Of a stretch of 10,480 bases of DNA, positions 1 through 8,753 are shown piece after piece (position 1 is the first letter of the stretch; each line of letters begins with the position of its first letter). Source of the stretch: Elainellaceae cyanobacterium (GTDB lineage: Bacteria > Cyanobacteriota > Cyanobacteriia > CAZCXK01). The stretch spans positions 1 to 10,480 of the forward strand of contig JBNPEG010000199.1 of assembly GCA_051117555.1 (NCBI GenBank), in the 5' to 3' direction. A program made the position numbers and the translations under genes. The notes beneath the pieces are model-generated. The model was not told the DNA's origin, did not search any database, and saw only the letters and a list, made by a program, of their open reading frames with translations.

Positions 1-17
1 ATAAATTTGCTCAACTC

Positions 18-3000
18 ATGGATGGTGATGAGGCTTTTAGTCTTGCTGACAAAGCTGTTTCCGAGTTTTCAGGGCAGCACCTAACAGACCTTGAGAGTGC
101 TTTGTTCAAGGCTTTGTGGCTGAATCCAAAACAGACATATGCAGGATTTGCGGACAGTAACAAGTACAGCGAGGATTATGTGAAGGAAGTCGGGGCTGGG
201 TTATGGCGATCGCTTTCCCAAGCGCTAGGAGAACCTATTAGACGACGAAACTTCCAGGAAGCTATAGAAAGATATCGAAAGCGTACAGGGGATATTGATA
301 TCCTTGCTCCAAACAAACAAATTGATTGGAATGAAGCACCGTCTACTTCGTGCTTCTTTGGGCGACACGAAGAACTCAGGTGCTTAGAAAGTTGGATCGT
401 GGATGAAAACCAGAAATTGATAGCTATTCTGGGCATTGGAGGGATTGGTAAAACGATTTTAGCTGCGAAAATAGGGGAACGAGTTAAAGACCAGTTTGAC
501 TATATTGTCTGGCGTGAACTTCGGAATGCCCCCCCACTCAGTATTCTGCTGGGTGAATTAGTTCCCTTCTTATCGAATCAACGAGACACAACCTCGGATA
601 TCAAGTCCTTACTGAAATATTTTCAAACGTCTCGTTGTTTGGTGGTTTTAGATAACATAGAATCAATCTTGCAAGCTGAGGAGTACGCAGGACGATATCG
701 TTTGGGCTATGAAGACTATGGGGAGTTATTAAATACCGTAAAACAGACTAACCATCAGAGCTGTTTAGTACTGACGAGTCGGGAGCAACCAATAGAAACA
801 ATAGAAGTTTCAGAAAGAGAGTCTTCTACACGTTCTTTGTACCTGTGTGGGGCGTCTGAAAGCGCAGTTGAAGTTGCCCAATCAATTATTCAAACAAGTA
901 ATCTCTTCGGGTCTGATGACCAAATTTATCAACTCTGCTCCCAGTATGACTTCAATCCGTTAGCTCTTCGTTTAATTGCAAAGTCTATCCGTGATCTTTT
1001 CGATAATGAAATCGGAATATTTTTAGAAGAAAATACACTTGTTTTCAACGGGATTCGTCAACTCTTAGATCAGCAATTCAGCCGTCTTACTCCTTTAGAG
1101 AAGACGGTTATGTATTGGTTGGCTATTAATCGAGAATCAACCTCAGCCTCAGTACTAATTCAGGATATTGTTCCACCTGTTGCTAAACCAGAGCTATTTC
1201 AGATCTTAGAGTCCCTTCATTGGCGATCGCTCGTTGAAGTAAAAAGTGCAGGTCGCTTTACCTTGCAACCCGTCATCATGGAGTATGTCACAAACGAAAT
1301 TATCGAGACTAGTGTCGTCGAATTGACGACTGTTGAGATTCATCTGTTTGTATCCCATGCGCTGGTTAAGGTGACGGTGGATGACTATGTGAGAGAAAGC
1401 CAAATTCGACTTCTATTGGTTCCGATCGCCGAAAGGCTGCAAACAACGTTTTCTTCCCGCAAATTACTTGAGCAACATCTAAGACACATTCTCAGCAATT
1501 TGCAATCACATACTTCGACGGCTTCTCGATATGGCTGTGGCAATTTTCTCAACCTTGCGATCGCCCTGGATATCGATTTAACAGACTATGATTTCTCGGG
1601 TCTGTTGATTTGCCAAGCAGATTTGCGTAATGTCTCGCTGCATCGTGTAAACTTTGCCGAAGCAAATTTTTCACAGACGGCGTTTGCTAATATTCTCGGT
1701 GGCATTTTCTCCGTCTCCTTTGTAGGAAGTAGCGAAATTCTTGCTACGGCTGACACCAACAATGAAATTCGGCTGTGGAATACAACGGATGCCCACCAAC
1801 ACCTGACGTTAACGGGGCATATGGGTTGGGTACAAGCGGTTACTGCCAATTCAGAGGGCGATCGCCTTGCCAGCGGCAGTTTTGATCACACCGTCCGATT
1901 GTGGGATGCCTACACGGGGCAGTGCCTTAAAACGTTAGAAGGGCATACAGGGCCTGTTGTATCAGTCGCCTTCAACTCTAATAGTAGCCATCTTGCCAGT
2001 GCTAGTTTAGACAGGACTATCAAGCTATGGAATGTTCATACGGGTCAGTGTTTGAAGACACTTGAAGACCATGGGGGTGAAGTGTATGCAGTGTGTTTTA
2101 GCCCAGACGGACAAGTAATTGCGAGTGGCTCTACTGACAAATCGATCAAACTCTGGGATGTGTCTACAGGTACGTGTCTTAAAACCCTATTGGGGCATAG
2201 CGACCACGTTTGGTCTGTAGCCTTTAGTCCCGATGGCGAAGTCCTAGCGAGTGGCAGTGCTGATCATACAATTAGACTCTGGGAAATCGATTTAGACGAT
2301 GAAGAAGTAGGTTTTCGAGTCCTTGAAGGGCATGAGGGAAAAGTATTATCAGTTGCGTTTAGCCCAACAGGTGCACTGCTAGCCAGTAGCAGTGCTGACC
2401 AGCATATCCGCCTGTGGAACGCTGATGATGGTCGTTGCTTGCACAACATCTTTGCCCACAGTAACTGGGTTTGGTCTGTAGCCTTTTCTATCGATGGACA
2501 AACCGTTGCGAGCGGGAGCTACGACCTCAATGCCAAACTCTGGGACACTCAAAATGGTCGGTGCTTAAGGTGTATTGGCGGGAATCTGAACCTTGTGTAT
2601 TCCCTAGAATTTAGTGCCAGTGGTCAGAAACTCGCCAGCAGCCATCTGACTGAGAATTGTGCATGGATATGGGATGTAGAGACCGGAACAAACATTCACA
2701 CTCTTTATGGTCATACCAGTTGGGTTATGTGGACGGCATTTAGTCCTGATGAGCAAACCCTAGCTACGGCTAGCTATGACCGAACTATCAAGCTCTGGGA
2801 CGCTAATACGGGTATATGTTCGAGGACTCTACACGGTCACAACGAAGCTGTAACGTTTACCGCATTTAGCCCTGATGGCGATCGCCTGGTTAGCGGCAGT
2901 TCTGACTGCACCATCAGAATTTGGAATCCCAAAACAGGCCAGTGTCTTCAAACATTGGAAGAACACTCAAATATTGTGCATTCAGTAAAGTTTAGCCCTG

Positions 3001-3575
3001 ATGGACAATTTTTTGTGAGCAGCGCGAGCGATGCAGAACAGCCCATATTAGTCTGGAATGCTCGAACTGGTGAACCTCTCAGAATTCTAAAAGGTCATAC
3101 GTCTTGGGTGTATGAACTGACCTTTAGTTTAGATAACCGAATGCTTGCAAGTGCTAGTCATGATGCAACCATCAGACTCTGGAATTATCAAACTGGCGAA
3201 TGCCTGACGATATTAGAGGGGCATACTGATTGGGTTTGGTCTGTCAGCTTTAGTCCTGATGGCAAAATGCTGGCAAGCGCTAGTCGGGATAGTACGGTGC
3301 GGGTGTGGGACGTTCAAACTGGACAATGCCTCAGCGTATTTAGAGGCAAGCCTATGGAGATTTTTTCAGTAGCTTTTAGCCCGAGTGGAACTTTTGTAGC
3401 TAGTGGTGGACAGGATGAGGGGATTACATTTTGGAATCTAGAAACGGGTGAACCGTTCCAAATTTTGCGATTGCTTCGACTCTATGAAGGCATGACTATT
3501 ACTGCGGCTAAGGGGCTCACAGAGGCACAGGCAGAAGTCCTGATTGCTTTGGGTGCGACTCAATCTAACCCATGA
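18..3575 (+). CDS. NB-ARC (STAND NTPase) domain protein with N-terminal helical/HTH-like domain, pentapeptide repeats and 14 WD40 repeats
   Basis: 1185-aa ORF. Walker A GIGGIGKT (nt 432-455), Walker B CLVVLDNIE, LVLTSRE sensor motif, NPLAL (GxP-equivalent). Pentapeptide stretch ADLRNVSLHRVNFAEANFSQTAF, then 14 GH..SVAFSPDG..LASGS.D.TIKLWD-type repeats and a tail LYEGMTIT..GLTEAQ..L..LGA typical of this cyanobacterial family. Confidence 0.95.
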   Translation: MDGDEAFSLADKAVSEFSGQHLTDLESALFKALWLNPKQTYAGFADSNKYSEDYVKEVGAGLWRSLSQALGEPIRRRNFQEAIERYRKRTGDIDILAPNKQIDWNEAPSTSCFFGRHEELRCLESWIVDENQKLIAILGIGGIGKTILAAKIGERVKDQFDYIVWRELRNAPPLSILLGELVPFLSNQRDTTSDIKSLLKYFQTSRCLVVLDNIESILQAEEYAGRYRLGYEDYGELLNTVKQTNHQSCLVLTSREQPIETIEVSERESSTRSLYLCGASESAVEVAQSIIQTSNLFGSDDQIYQLCSQYDFNPLALRLIAKSIRDLFDNEIGIFLEENTLVFNGIRQLLDQQFSRLTPLEKTVMYWLAINRESTSASVLIQDIVPPVAKPELFQILESLHWRSLVEVKSAGRFTLQPVIMEYVTNEIIETSVVELTTVEIHLFVSHALVKVTVDDYVRESQIRLLLVPIAERLQTTFSSRKLLEQHLRHILSNLQSHTSTASRYGCGNFLNLAIALDIDLTDYDFSGLLICQADLRNVSLHRVNFAEANFSQTAFANILGGIFSVSFVGSSEILATADTNNEIRLWNTTDAHQHLTLTGHMGWVQAVTANSEGDRLASGSFDHTVRLWDAYTGQCLKTLEGHTGPVVSVAFNSNSSHLASASLDRTIKLWNVHTGQCLKTLEDHGGEVYAVCFSPDGQVIASGSTDKSIKLWDVSTGTCLKTLLGHSDHVWSVAFSPDGEVLASGSADHTIRLWEIDLDDEEVGFRVLEGHEGKVLSVAFSPTGALLASSSADQHIRLWNADDGRCLHNIFAHSNWVWSVAFSIDGQTVASGSYDLNAKLWDTQNGRCLRCIGGNLNLVYSLEFSASGQKLASSHLTENCAWIWDVETGTNIHTLYGHTSWVMWTAFSPDEQTLATASYDRTIKLWDANTGICSRTLHGHNEAVTFTAFSPDGDRLVSGSSDCTIRIWNPKTGQCLQTLEEHSNIVHSVKFSPDGQFFVSSASDAEQPILVWNARTGEPLRILKGHTSWVYELTFSLDNRMLASASHDATIRLWNYQTGECLTILEGHTDWVWSVSFSPDGKMLASASRDSTVRVWDVQTGQCLSVFRGKPMEIFSVAFSPSGTFVASGGQDEGITFWNLETGEPFQILRLLRLYEGMTITAAKGLTEAQAEVLIALGATQSNP

Positions 3576-3595
3576 ATATTACTGGTAGCGTTGCT

Positions 3596-3620
3596 AATCG
3601 AAAATCCAAAATCCAAAATC
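3596..3620 (+). repeat. Short tandem heptamer repeat (CAAAATC)n, STRR-like
   Basis: aatc-gaaaatc-caaaatc-caaaatc in the 72-bp gap between convergent genes. Confidence 0.8.
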
Positions 3621-3647
3621 GGCATCGGCTATATCGTGACGAAACGT

Positions 3648-5537
3648 TTAGGATGCTAATTCTTCCATGAGCAAAATGGCGCCCCTCAATTGAATCTCAA
3701 GACCGCTCAACGGGGTCAGGCTGACCTGACAGCGAATGGATTGCCCCCGGCGATTGGTGGCGTCTAAGACGATTTGTTGGCGATCGCGCTCTCCAGATAA
3801 GCAATCTCGAATCGGTTCTCGTAGACGATCGATAGGCAAGCCAATATCGAGGCTAAAGAAGGATTGCCCTTCGACCTCATCGGCACGGAGCCCCCACATA
3901 TCCGTGGCTTTTTGATTCCAAGTCAAAATGTCGTAGTGGCGATCGACCACAACCACCCCGGCTTCGATGCTCTCTAAAATTGACCCGAGGAACGCATTAA
4001 TCTGATTGATTTCTTCCGTCCGCATTCGAAGTTCGTCATTGATGGTCTGGAGTTCTTCGTTGCTCGACTGCAATTCTTCATTCATCGTCTCCAGTTCTTC
4101 ATTGGTGGATTGCAGTTCTTCATTGGTGGTTTCTAGTTCTTCATTGGTGGATTGCAGTTCTTCATTGGTGGTTTCTAGTTCTTCATTGCTCGACTGGAGT
4201 TCTTCATTTGCCGTTTCTAGATCTTGATTCGAGTGATACAGATCTTCCTGGAGATGGTGATAGCGCGTTACGTCGGTAAAGGTCACGCTGACGCCGATCA
4301 AATCGCTGCCGTTTTCTTTTAAGGGAGAAATCTGCACATCAAAATATTGCGTCTCCTCGTTGGGCAACGAGCGACTGACATCTGAAATCTCAACCGATTG
4401 ACGGTTGTGATACACATCTTCAATTTGGGAACGCAGCTCGAGTGGGCGATAGGAAACCTCCAGATCTTGAAACGGGCAGCCCAAGTCTTGAGTGCCGAGG
4501 TTAAATATTGATCGGGCTTGCGCATTGGCAAGGACGAGTCTACCGTTCTGGTCAATCACCAGATGGGCAACGGGAGCAGCACTGAATGCCGCATCTCGCA
4601 GGCGAACGTGGACGGATAATCGACCGGTTGCTTCCTCGTCGCCTGTTTGGGTGAGTGCGACGAGGCGTTCACGCAGATTGAAGTTAGGAACTTTGCCAAA
4701 AATCCGATGTTGCAGGTTGAATGGCGTAAACAGATTAGAATGACTCATCAGCATTTCCGCCTTGCCCAAAAACAGCACTCCTTTGTCGTTGAGGGCAAAA
4801 TGAAATCGAGCTATGACCCGTCGTTGGGTTTCAGCATTGAAATACATCAGCGTGTTGCGACATACGAGCAAATCAAGCCGAGAGATAGGGGCATCTTGCA
4901 ATAAGTCATGACGACCAAAAATGACCGCGCGGCGCAGTTCTGGCCGAAACGTGCGATTCTCCCCGTTCTGCTCAAAATATTTGTGTCGCAACTCTTCGGG
5001 GATGGTCTCAATACTTCGTTCGCTATACGTTGCATGACGAGCCTTCGCCAAATCTTCCTCATCTATATCGGTCGCATAAATTTTGACGCGCTGACGAAAT
5101 TGCTCTGTTCCAAGCAATTCTGAAAAAATCATCGCCAGTGTATAGGCTTCTTCGCCCGACGAGCAGCCCGCACTCCAAACTCGAATTGGCTCCTCTGGCC
5201 GCTTTTCGTCGAGCAGATTAGGCAGCGTCTGATGCCACAGATAGTTCCAAGCGGCTCTATCTCGAAAAAAACCTGTGACATTGATCAGGATGGTGTTGAA
5301 TAGCGGAACAAACTCTTCGGGATGGACTTCGAGGTAGTCGAGATAATCGCTAAAGTGATCAATATTGCGAGTCTGCATGCGCTTGGTGACCCGTCGCCGT
5401 AGCGAAGACCGCTTATATCCTGTGAAATCAAATCCGCGCGATTGCCTTAAAAAATCTAGTAATGATTCAAATATCCGGTCTTCTTCGCTATTGCTGTTGT
5501 TATTAGAATTATCAATGTCGTTATCATTGCTGGTCAT
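3648..5537 (-). CDS. cheR: CheR-type SAM-dependent methyltransferase fused to PAS, Glu-rich coiled coil and second PAS domain
   Basis: 629-aa ORF. CheR motifs GFDFTGYKRSSLRRR, LINVTGFFRD, RVWSAGCSSGEEAYT, IYATDID, CRNTLMYF, LFLGKAE. PAS-like segments (LVIDQNGRLVLANAQA; GVVVVDRHYDILTWNQKATDMWG) flank (T/S)xNEEL(Q/E) heptads. Confidence 0.92.
   Translation of the reverse strand: MTSNDNDIDNSNNNSNSEEDRIFESLLDFLRQSRGFDFTGYKRSSLRRRVTKRMQTRNIDHFSDYLDYLEVHPEEFVPLFNTILINVTGFFRDRAAWNYLWHQTLPNLLDEKRPEEPIRVWSAGCSSGEEAYTLAMIFSELLGTEQFRQRVKIYATDIDEEDLAKARHATYSERSIETIPEELRHKYFEQNGENRTFRPELRRAVIFGRHDLLQDAPISRLDLLVCRNTLMYFNAETQRRVIARFHFALNDKGVLFLGKAEMLMSHSNLFTPFNLQHRIFGKVPNFNLRERLVALTQTGDEEATGRLSVHVRLRDAAFSAAPVAHLVIDQNGRLVLANAQARSIFNLGTQDLGCPFQDLEVSYRPLELRSQIEDVYHNRQSVEISDVSRSLPNEETQYFDVQISPLKENGSDLIGVSVTFTDVTRYHHLQEDLYHSNQDLETANEELQSSNEELETTNEELQSTNEELETTNEELQSTNEELETMNEELQSSNEELQTINDELRMRTEEINQINAFLGSILESIEAGVVVVDRHYDILTWNQKATDMWGLRADEVEGQSFFSLDIGLPIDRLREPIRDCLSGERDRQQIVLDATNRRGQSIRCQVSLTPLSGLEIQLRGAILLMEELAS
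4093..4188. repeat. Exact 42-bp tandem duplication inside the CheR coiled coil
   Basis: agttcttcattggtggattgcagttcttcattggtggtttct at 4093-4134 and 4135-4176, with a partial third copy to 4188. It encodes ETTNEELQSTNEEL units on the minus strand. Confidence 0.9.
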
Positions 5538-6148
5538 TCAGCCGTCCCGGTTTTAACCAATCGTGTTAGGGCTGAAGCGATGTCAGACAGCGGCAGTGTG
5601 TAGTCGACTGCGCCCGTTTGAATCGCTGCACTCGGCATTCCTGAAAACTCTGCTGTTTCAAGATCTTGAACGACGACGATACCCCCTGCTGCTTTGACAG
5701 TCTGAATTCCTGTTGCGCCATCGCTACCAGTGCCCGTCAACACAACGGCGATCGCACTTTTACCATAACTTTCTGCCACTGACTCAAATAGCACATCTGC
5801 CGATGGGCGCACAAAATGCACCAGCTCAGTTTTTGTCAGAGACAATGTTTTATCTGGGTTTGCGATTAAGTGGTGATTCGGTGGAGCGATATAAATCGTG
5901 CCAGTGGCGAGAACGTCGTTTTCTTGGGCTTGTTTGACTGAGAGCGGCGTCTTGCGAGCCAAGATCTCGGCTGCCATCGACCGATGCTCTGGAGAGAGAT
6001 GCTGCACTACCACAATCGGCACTGGGAAATCAGCCGACAGACCTGAAAGGAGCTGCTTAAGTGCTGCTAGCCCACCTGCCGAACTGACAATGGCGACGAT
6101 GTTAAACGCCGCCGCTGCTGCTTCGGTAGATTTGGAGTTCGTATTCAA
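5534..6148 (-). CDS. cheB: Stand-alone CheB-type protein-glutamate methylesterase (no receiver domain)
   Basis: Catalytic motifs SSAGG (Ser), VVQH (His), RPSADVLFES, VLTGTGSDGA (Asp), MPSAAI. TTG start with GGAGG upstream on the minus strand (start codon uncertain). The stop overlaps the cheR start as ATGA at 5537-5534. Confidence 0.92.
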   Translation of the reverse strand: MNTNSKSTEAAAAAFNIVAIVSSAGGLAALKQLLSGLSADFPVPIVVVQHLSPEHRSMAAEILARKTPLSVKQAQENDVLATGTIYIAPPNHHLIANPDKTLSLTKTELVHFVRPSADVLFESVAESYGKSAIAVVLTGTGSDGATGIQTVKAAGGIVVVQDLETAEFSGMPSAAIQTGAVDYTLPLSDIASALTRLVKTGTAE

Positions 6149-6273
6149 GTCTTATACCTAACCTCCGTAATCTTAGCAGCGAACCAAAGCAATCTTAACG
6201 CCCCCCGCACCCTACTGAATTTAACGTTTTATCGTCACCCTTTATCGTTATCTTCTATTCTGACGGGATTCGA

Positions 6274-6891
6274 TTATGAGTGTGTTAATGCGTCTTGCAT
6301 CGAGATATAGTTGGGCTGCTGGGCAACCCGGTCTAGCCAACTCTGTACCGCAGGGACGCGAGATAAATCAAATCCGCCTTCGTGCGCAACATGGGTGTAA
6401 GCATACAGTGCAATATCAGCGATCGTATAATGCTGCCCCACTAAAAATGGTGTTTGCTGAAGCTGTTGCTCCATCACGTTGAGAGCGCTGTAGCCTTTTG
6501 CTTGCTTGGCAAGCAGCGTATCTTTCTGCGCCTCTGCCTGATTTAAATATTTGATGATAAACCGAGAAACCGCAATATAGGGTTCGTGGCTATATTGCTC
6601 AAAAAATAGCCACTCCATGACTTTCGCTTTGTCATAAAGCTCGTCTGGCAAAAACTGGGTTTGTTCTGCTAGATAAAACAGAATCGCATTCGACTCAGAC
6701 AAATACCTGCCATCTTCTAGCTCGACTGTGGGAATCTTGCCGTTTGGATTTTTTGCCAAAAACGCTTCCGTGCGCGTTTCGCCGTTGAGAATATTGATTG
6801 GAATCCATTCATGGGCGATCGCCCGTTGATGAAGCAATAGCTTGACTTTGTAACAGTTGCCCGACTCGAGATCGCCATACACCTTAAGCAT
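6274..6891 (-). CDS. Glutathione S-transferase family protein
   Basis: MLKVYGDLESGNCYKV, KNPNGKIP, LSESNAILFYLA, FLVGQHYTIADIALYAYTH motifs. The ATG at 6891 (205 aa) is preferred over the longer 6912 call because it starts at the first GST beta-strand. Confidence 0.93.
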   Translation of the reverse strand: MLKVYGDLESGNCYKVKLLLHQRAIAHEWIPINILNGETRTEAFLAKNPNGKIPTVELEDGRYLSESNAILFYLAEQTQFLPDELYDKAKVMEWLFFEQYSHEPYIAVSRFIIKYLNQAEAQKDTLLAKQAKGYSALNVMEQQLQQTPFLVGQHYTIADIALYAYTHVAHEGGFDLSRVPAVQSWLDRVAQQPNYISMQDALTHS

Positions 6892-7167
6892 TCGTAGGTT
6901 TGCCCCCTTCACATGAAAACCTGCTACGCCGCAAAATCATTCAAATGGGAATTTTTCGCTTCACTTTATTACTGCTTCTCAGATTAGTAAAGACTCCAGA
7001 AACCCTTTGAGACAAAAAATTCAGTGAAAGTGCGGACTGCCAAAATAATTGTGGGACATCTCCCCATCGTTCGTAGGACTGGTTAGTCGTCATCCGCCTC
7101 GCATCGGTTGAACAGTCTTAGATTCATATATTCTCTACGATTCATTCCTTGCAGGAGCTTAATTACT

Positions 7168-8034
7168 GTGACGGTCGGACGCTTTAAAGAAAAACTGGGA
7201 ACAATTCGGAACAATCGAATCAAAGGACGCGATCTAGAAATTCTCTACGGCTTACAGGGTAACGATCGGCTGTCGTCGAGGAGAGGATCAGCCACTCGTG
7301 ATGTCGCAACAATTTTGGTGGGGGGGAGTGGGGGCGATCGCTATAAAGCGGCTAAAAGAGCAACCACCATCATCTTAGAAAATGGCGGATCGACCGCTGA
7401 TATATTAGTCGCTAAAGGCATTGGATTTAACCGCGAAACCTCCTTCGTTGCCGAAGTTGACGGGCGACATCTCGTGGCAGGCGATACGGCATCTGGGCAA
7501 TCGGTGATTTTGCTTGACTGGCAAGCCCCCAACCAGCAAATTGGCACGTTTGCCTTATCAGGGGGGCGCTATAGCTATGGTGAGCTTGCGACCAGTGTTC
7601 GCAATACCGAAAACTACTTGGGCAACGTGTCGTGGGCAGAGTTGAATCAATCCGGTGCGCTTGATCTAGGTCGAGTCGGGCTCAATCCAAGGTCGGTGAA
7701 TCGCGCCATTCGCAGGATTGGTCGTCGAGCAAAGCGACTTGAAAAGAAACAAATCCAATCAACGCGCGATCGCCTTACTGGATTATCTCAAGGCGAGGTG
7801 TTGGTGGGCAAAACCGGCGAACATGAACCCTTTCAACTCTCAAAGCGTCATCATCGGGGCGATCGCCATTCCCAATCATTCTCTGGTCTGCCGCTCTCGG
7901 ATGAGGGTCGTCATAGTTTGGATATCGCGCCTGTTTCTCACTCGGATGGGATGGGGGTGATGCCATTTCAATCCCATGATGGGCTCGTTGTGAATGATAC
8001 GCCCTTGATGACCGTATTTCCTCAAGGCATCTAA
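7168..8034 (+). CDS. Hypothetical protein with degenerate RTX/hemolysin-type Gly-rich motifs
   Basis: Long open frame (track 7108-8034). In-frame GTG at 7168 is preceded by AGGAG at about 7153-7157. Motifs LYGLQGNDRL and LVGGSGGDRY resemble GGxGxDxL nonapeptides. Arg/Lys-rich. Confidence 0.65.
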   Translation: MTVGRFKEKLGTIRNNRIKGRDLEILYGLQGNDRLSSRRGSATRDVATILVGGSGGDRYKAAKRATTIILENGGSTADILVAKGIGFNRETSFVAEVDGRHLVAGDTASGQSVILLDWQAPNQQIGTFALSGGRYSYGELATSVRNTENYLGNVSWAELNQSGALDLGRVGLNPRSVNRAIRRIGRRAKRLEKKQIQSTRDRLTGLSQGEVLVGKTGEHEPFQLSKRHHRGDRHSQSFSGLPLSDEGRHSLDIAPVSHSDGMGVMPFQSHDGLVVNDTPLMTVFPQGI

Positions 8035-8100
8035 TATCAGACACGCCGAGAGATTGATAGAATCGACATCTTATTTTAGATGCCAAGAGGGTAGGGAGGC

Positions 8101-8131
8101 TATGTTACTGTAATTACAGAGTAGTCACAGA
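8101..8131 (+). promoter_or_regulatory. Putative promoter/operator of the toxin-antitoxin operon
   Basis: Perfect 12-bp palindrome CTGTAATTACAG at 8108-8119. Imperfect 11-bp direct repeat gtaattacaga/gtagtcacaga at 8110-8131. A -10-like TATGTT at 8101-8106. All lie immediately before the antitoxin start. Confidence 0.65.
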
Positions 8132-8132
8132 G

Positions 8133-8402
8133 ATGAGCAGAATGGCTGCTGTTTTTAAAACCCACATCGTCAAGATTGGTAACTCCAAGGGTATTCGCAT
8201 TCCAAAGACGTTATTGGAGCAACTTAACTTTAAAGATAAAGTTGAGCTAGAAGTGCAGCACAATCAGCTAATCGTGCGATCGCCCTCAAAACCTCGACAA
8301 GATTGGGATGAGCAGTTTCGCGCTATGGCACGTCGTGGAGACGACCAGTTACTCGATTCAGACATCATTCACACCCCTTGGGATGATGAATGGGCTTGGT
8401 AG
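8133..8402 (+). CDS. mazE: AbrB/MazE/SpoVT-family antitoxin
   Basis: IVKIGNSKGIRIPKTLLEQL swapped-hairpin motif and acidic Trp-rich C-terminus (WDDEWAW). Overlaps the downstream toxin by 13 nt. Alternative start ATG at 8142. Confidence 0.92.
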   Translation: MSRMAAVFKTHIVKIGNSKGIRIPKTLLEQLNFKDKVELEVQHNQLIVRSPSKPRQDWDEQFRAMARRGDDQLLDSDIIHTPWDDEWAW

Positions 8403-8719
8403 TTAAACGTTTTGAGGTTTACCTCATCAACCTTGATCCGACTCTCGGCACCGAAATTCGAAAAACTCGTCCGTGCTTGATTATTTCTCCAGATGAGATG
8501 AATCGCTACATCTCAACAGTGATTGTGGCACCCATGACGACTAAAGGAACATCCTATCCGACTCGAATTCCGTGTCGCTTTGACGGCAAAGATGGTCAGA
8601 TTGTGCTTGACCAGATTCGCACCGTCGATAAAATCCGGTTGATCAAACGGATTGGCAAAATTAGCAAGACAGCTCAGCGATTGGTTTTAGATTCATTAGC
8701 AGACCTGTTTGCAGAATGA
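8390..8719 (+). CDS. mazF: PemK/MazF-family endoribonuclease toxin
   Basis: VYLINLDPTLGTEIRKTRPCLIISPDEMN, VIVAPMTT, LDQIRTVDKIRL motifs; 109 aa; directly behind the AbrB antitoxin. Confidence 0.95.
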   Translation: MGLVVKRFEVYLINLDPTLGTEIRKTRPCLIISPDEMNRYISTVIVAPMTTKGTSYPTRIPCRFDGKDGQIVLDQIRTVDKIRLIKRIGKISKTAQRLVLDSLADLFAE

Positions 8720-8753
8720 TTCTCGACCATCATGTCCCCTCATCTTTTCCACC

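Noticed and set aside
4093..4188. Repeats as a CRISPR array
   Set aside because: Contiguous, in-frame coding repeats without unique spacers; no cas genes.
4006..4227. Ser-rich repetitive 73-aa ORF (+)
   Set aside because: Antisense reading of the NEEL heptad repeats of cheR.
5480..5537. Asn/Asp/Ser-rich N-terminus of CheR as a separate feature
   Set aside because: Short low-complexity linker at the gene overlap; no evidence of function.
6900..7167. Riboswitch or ncRNA in the GST/hypothetical divergent spacer
   Set aside because: Only short 4-bp stems (ggga/tccc, gact/agtc); no match to riboswitch consensus motifs I can recognise.
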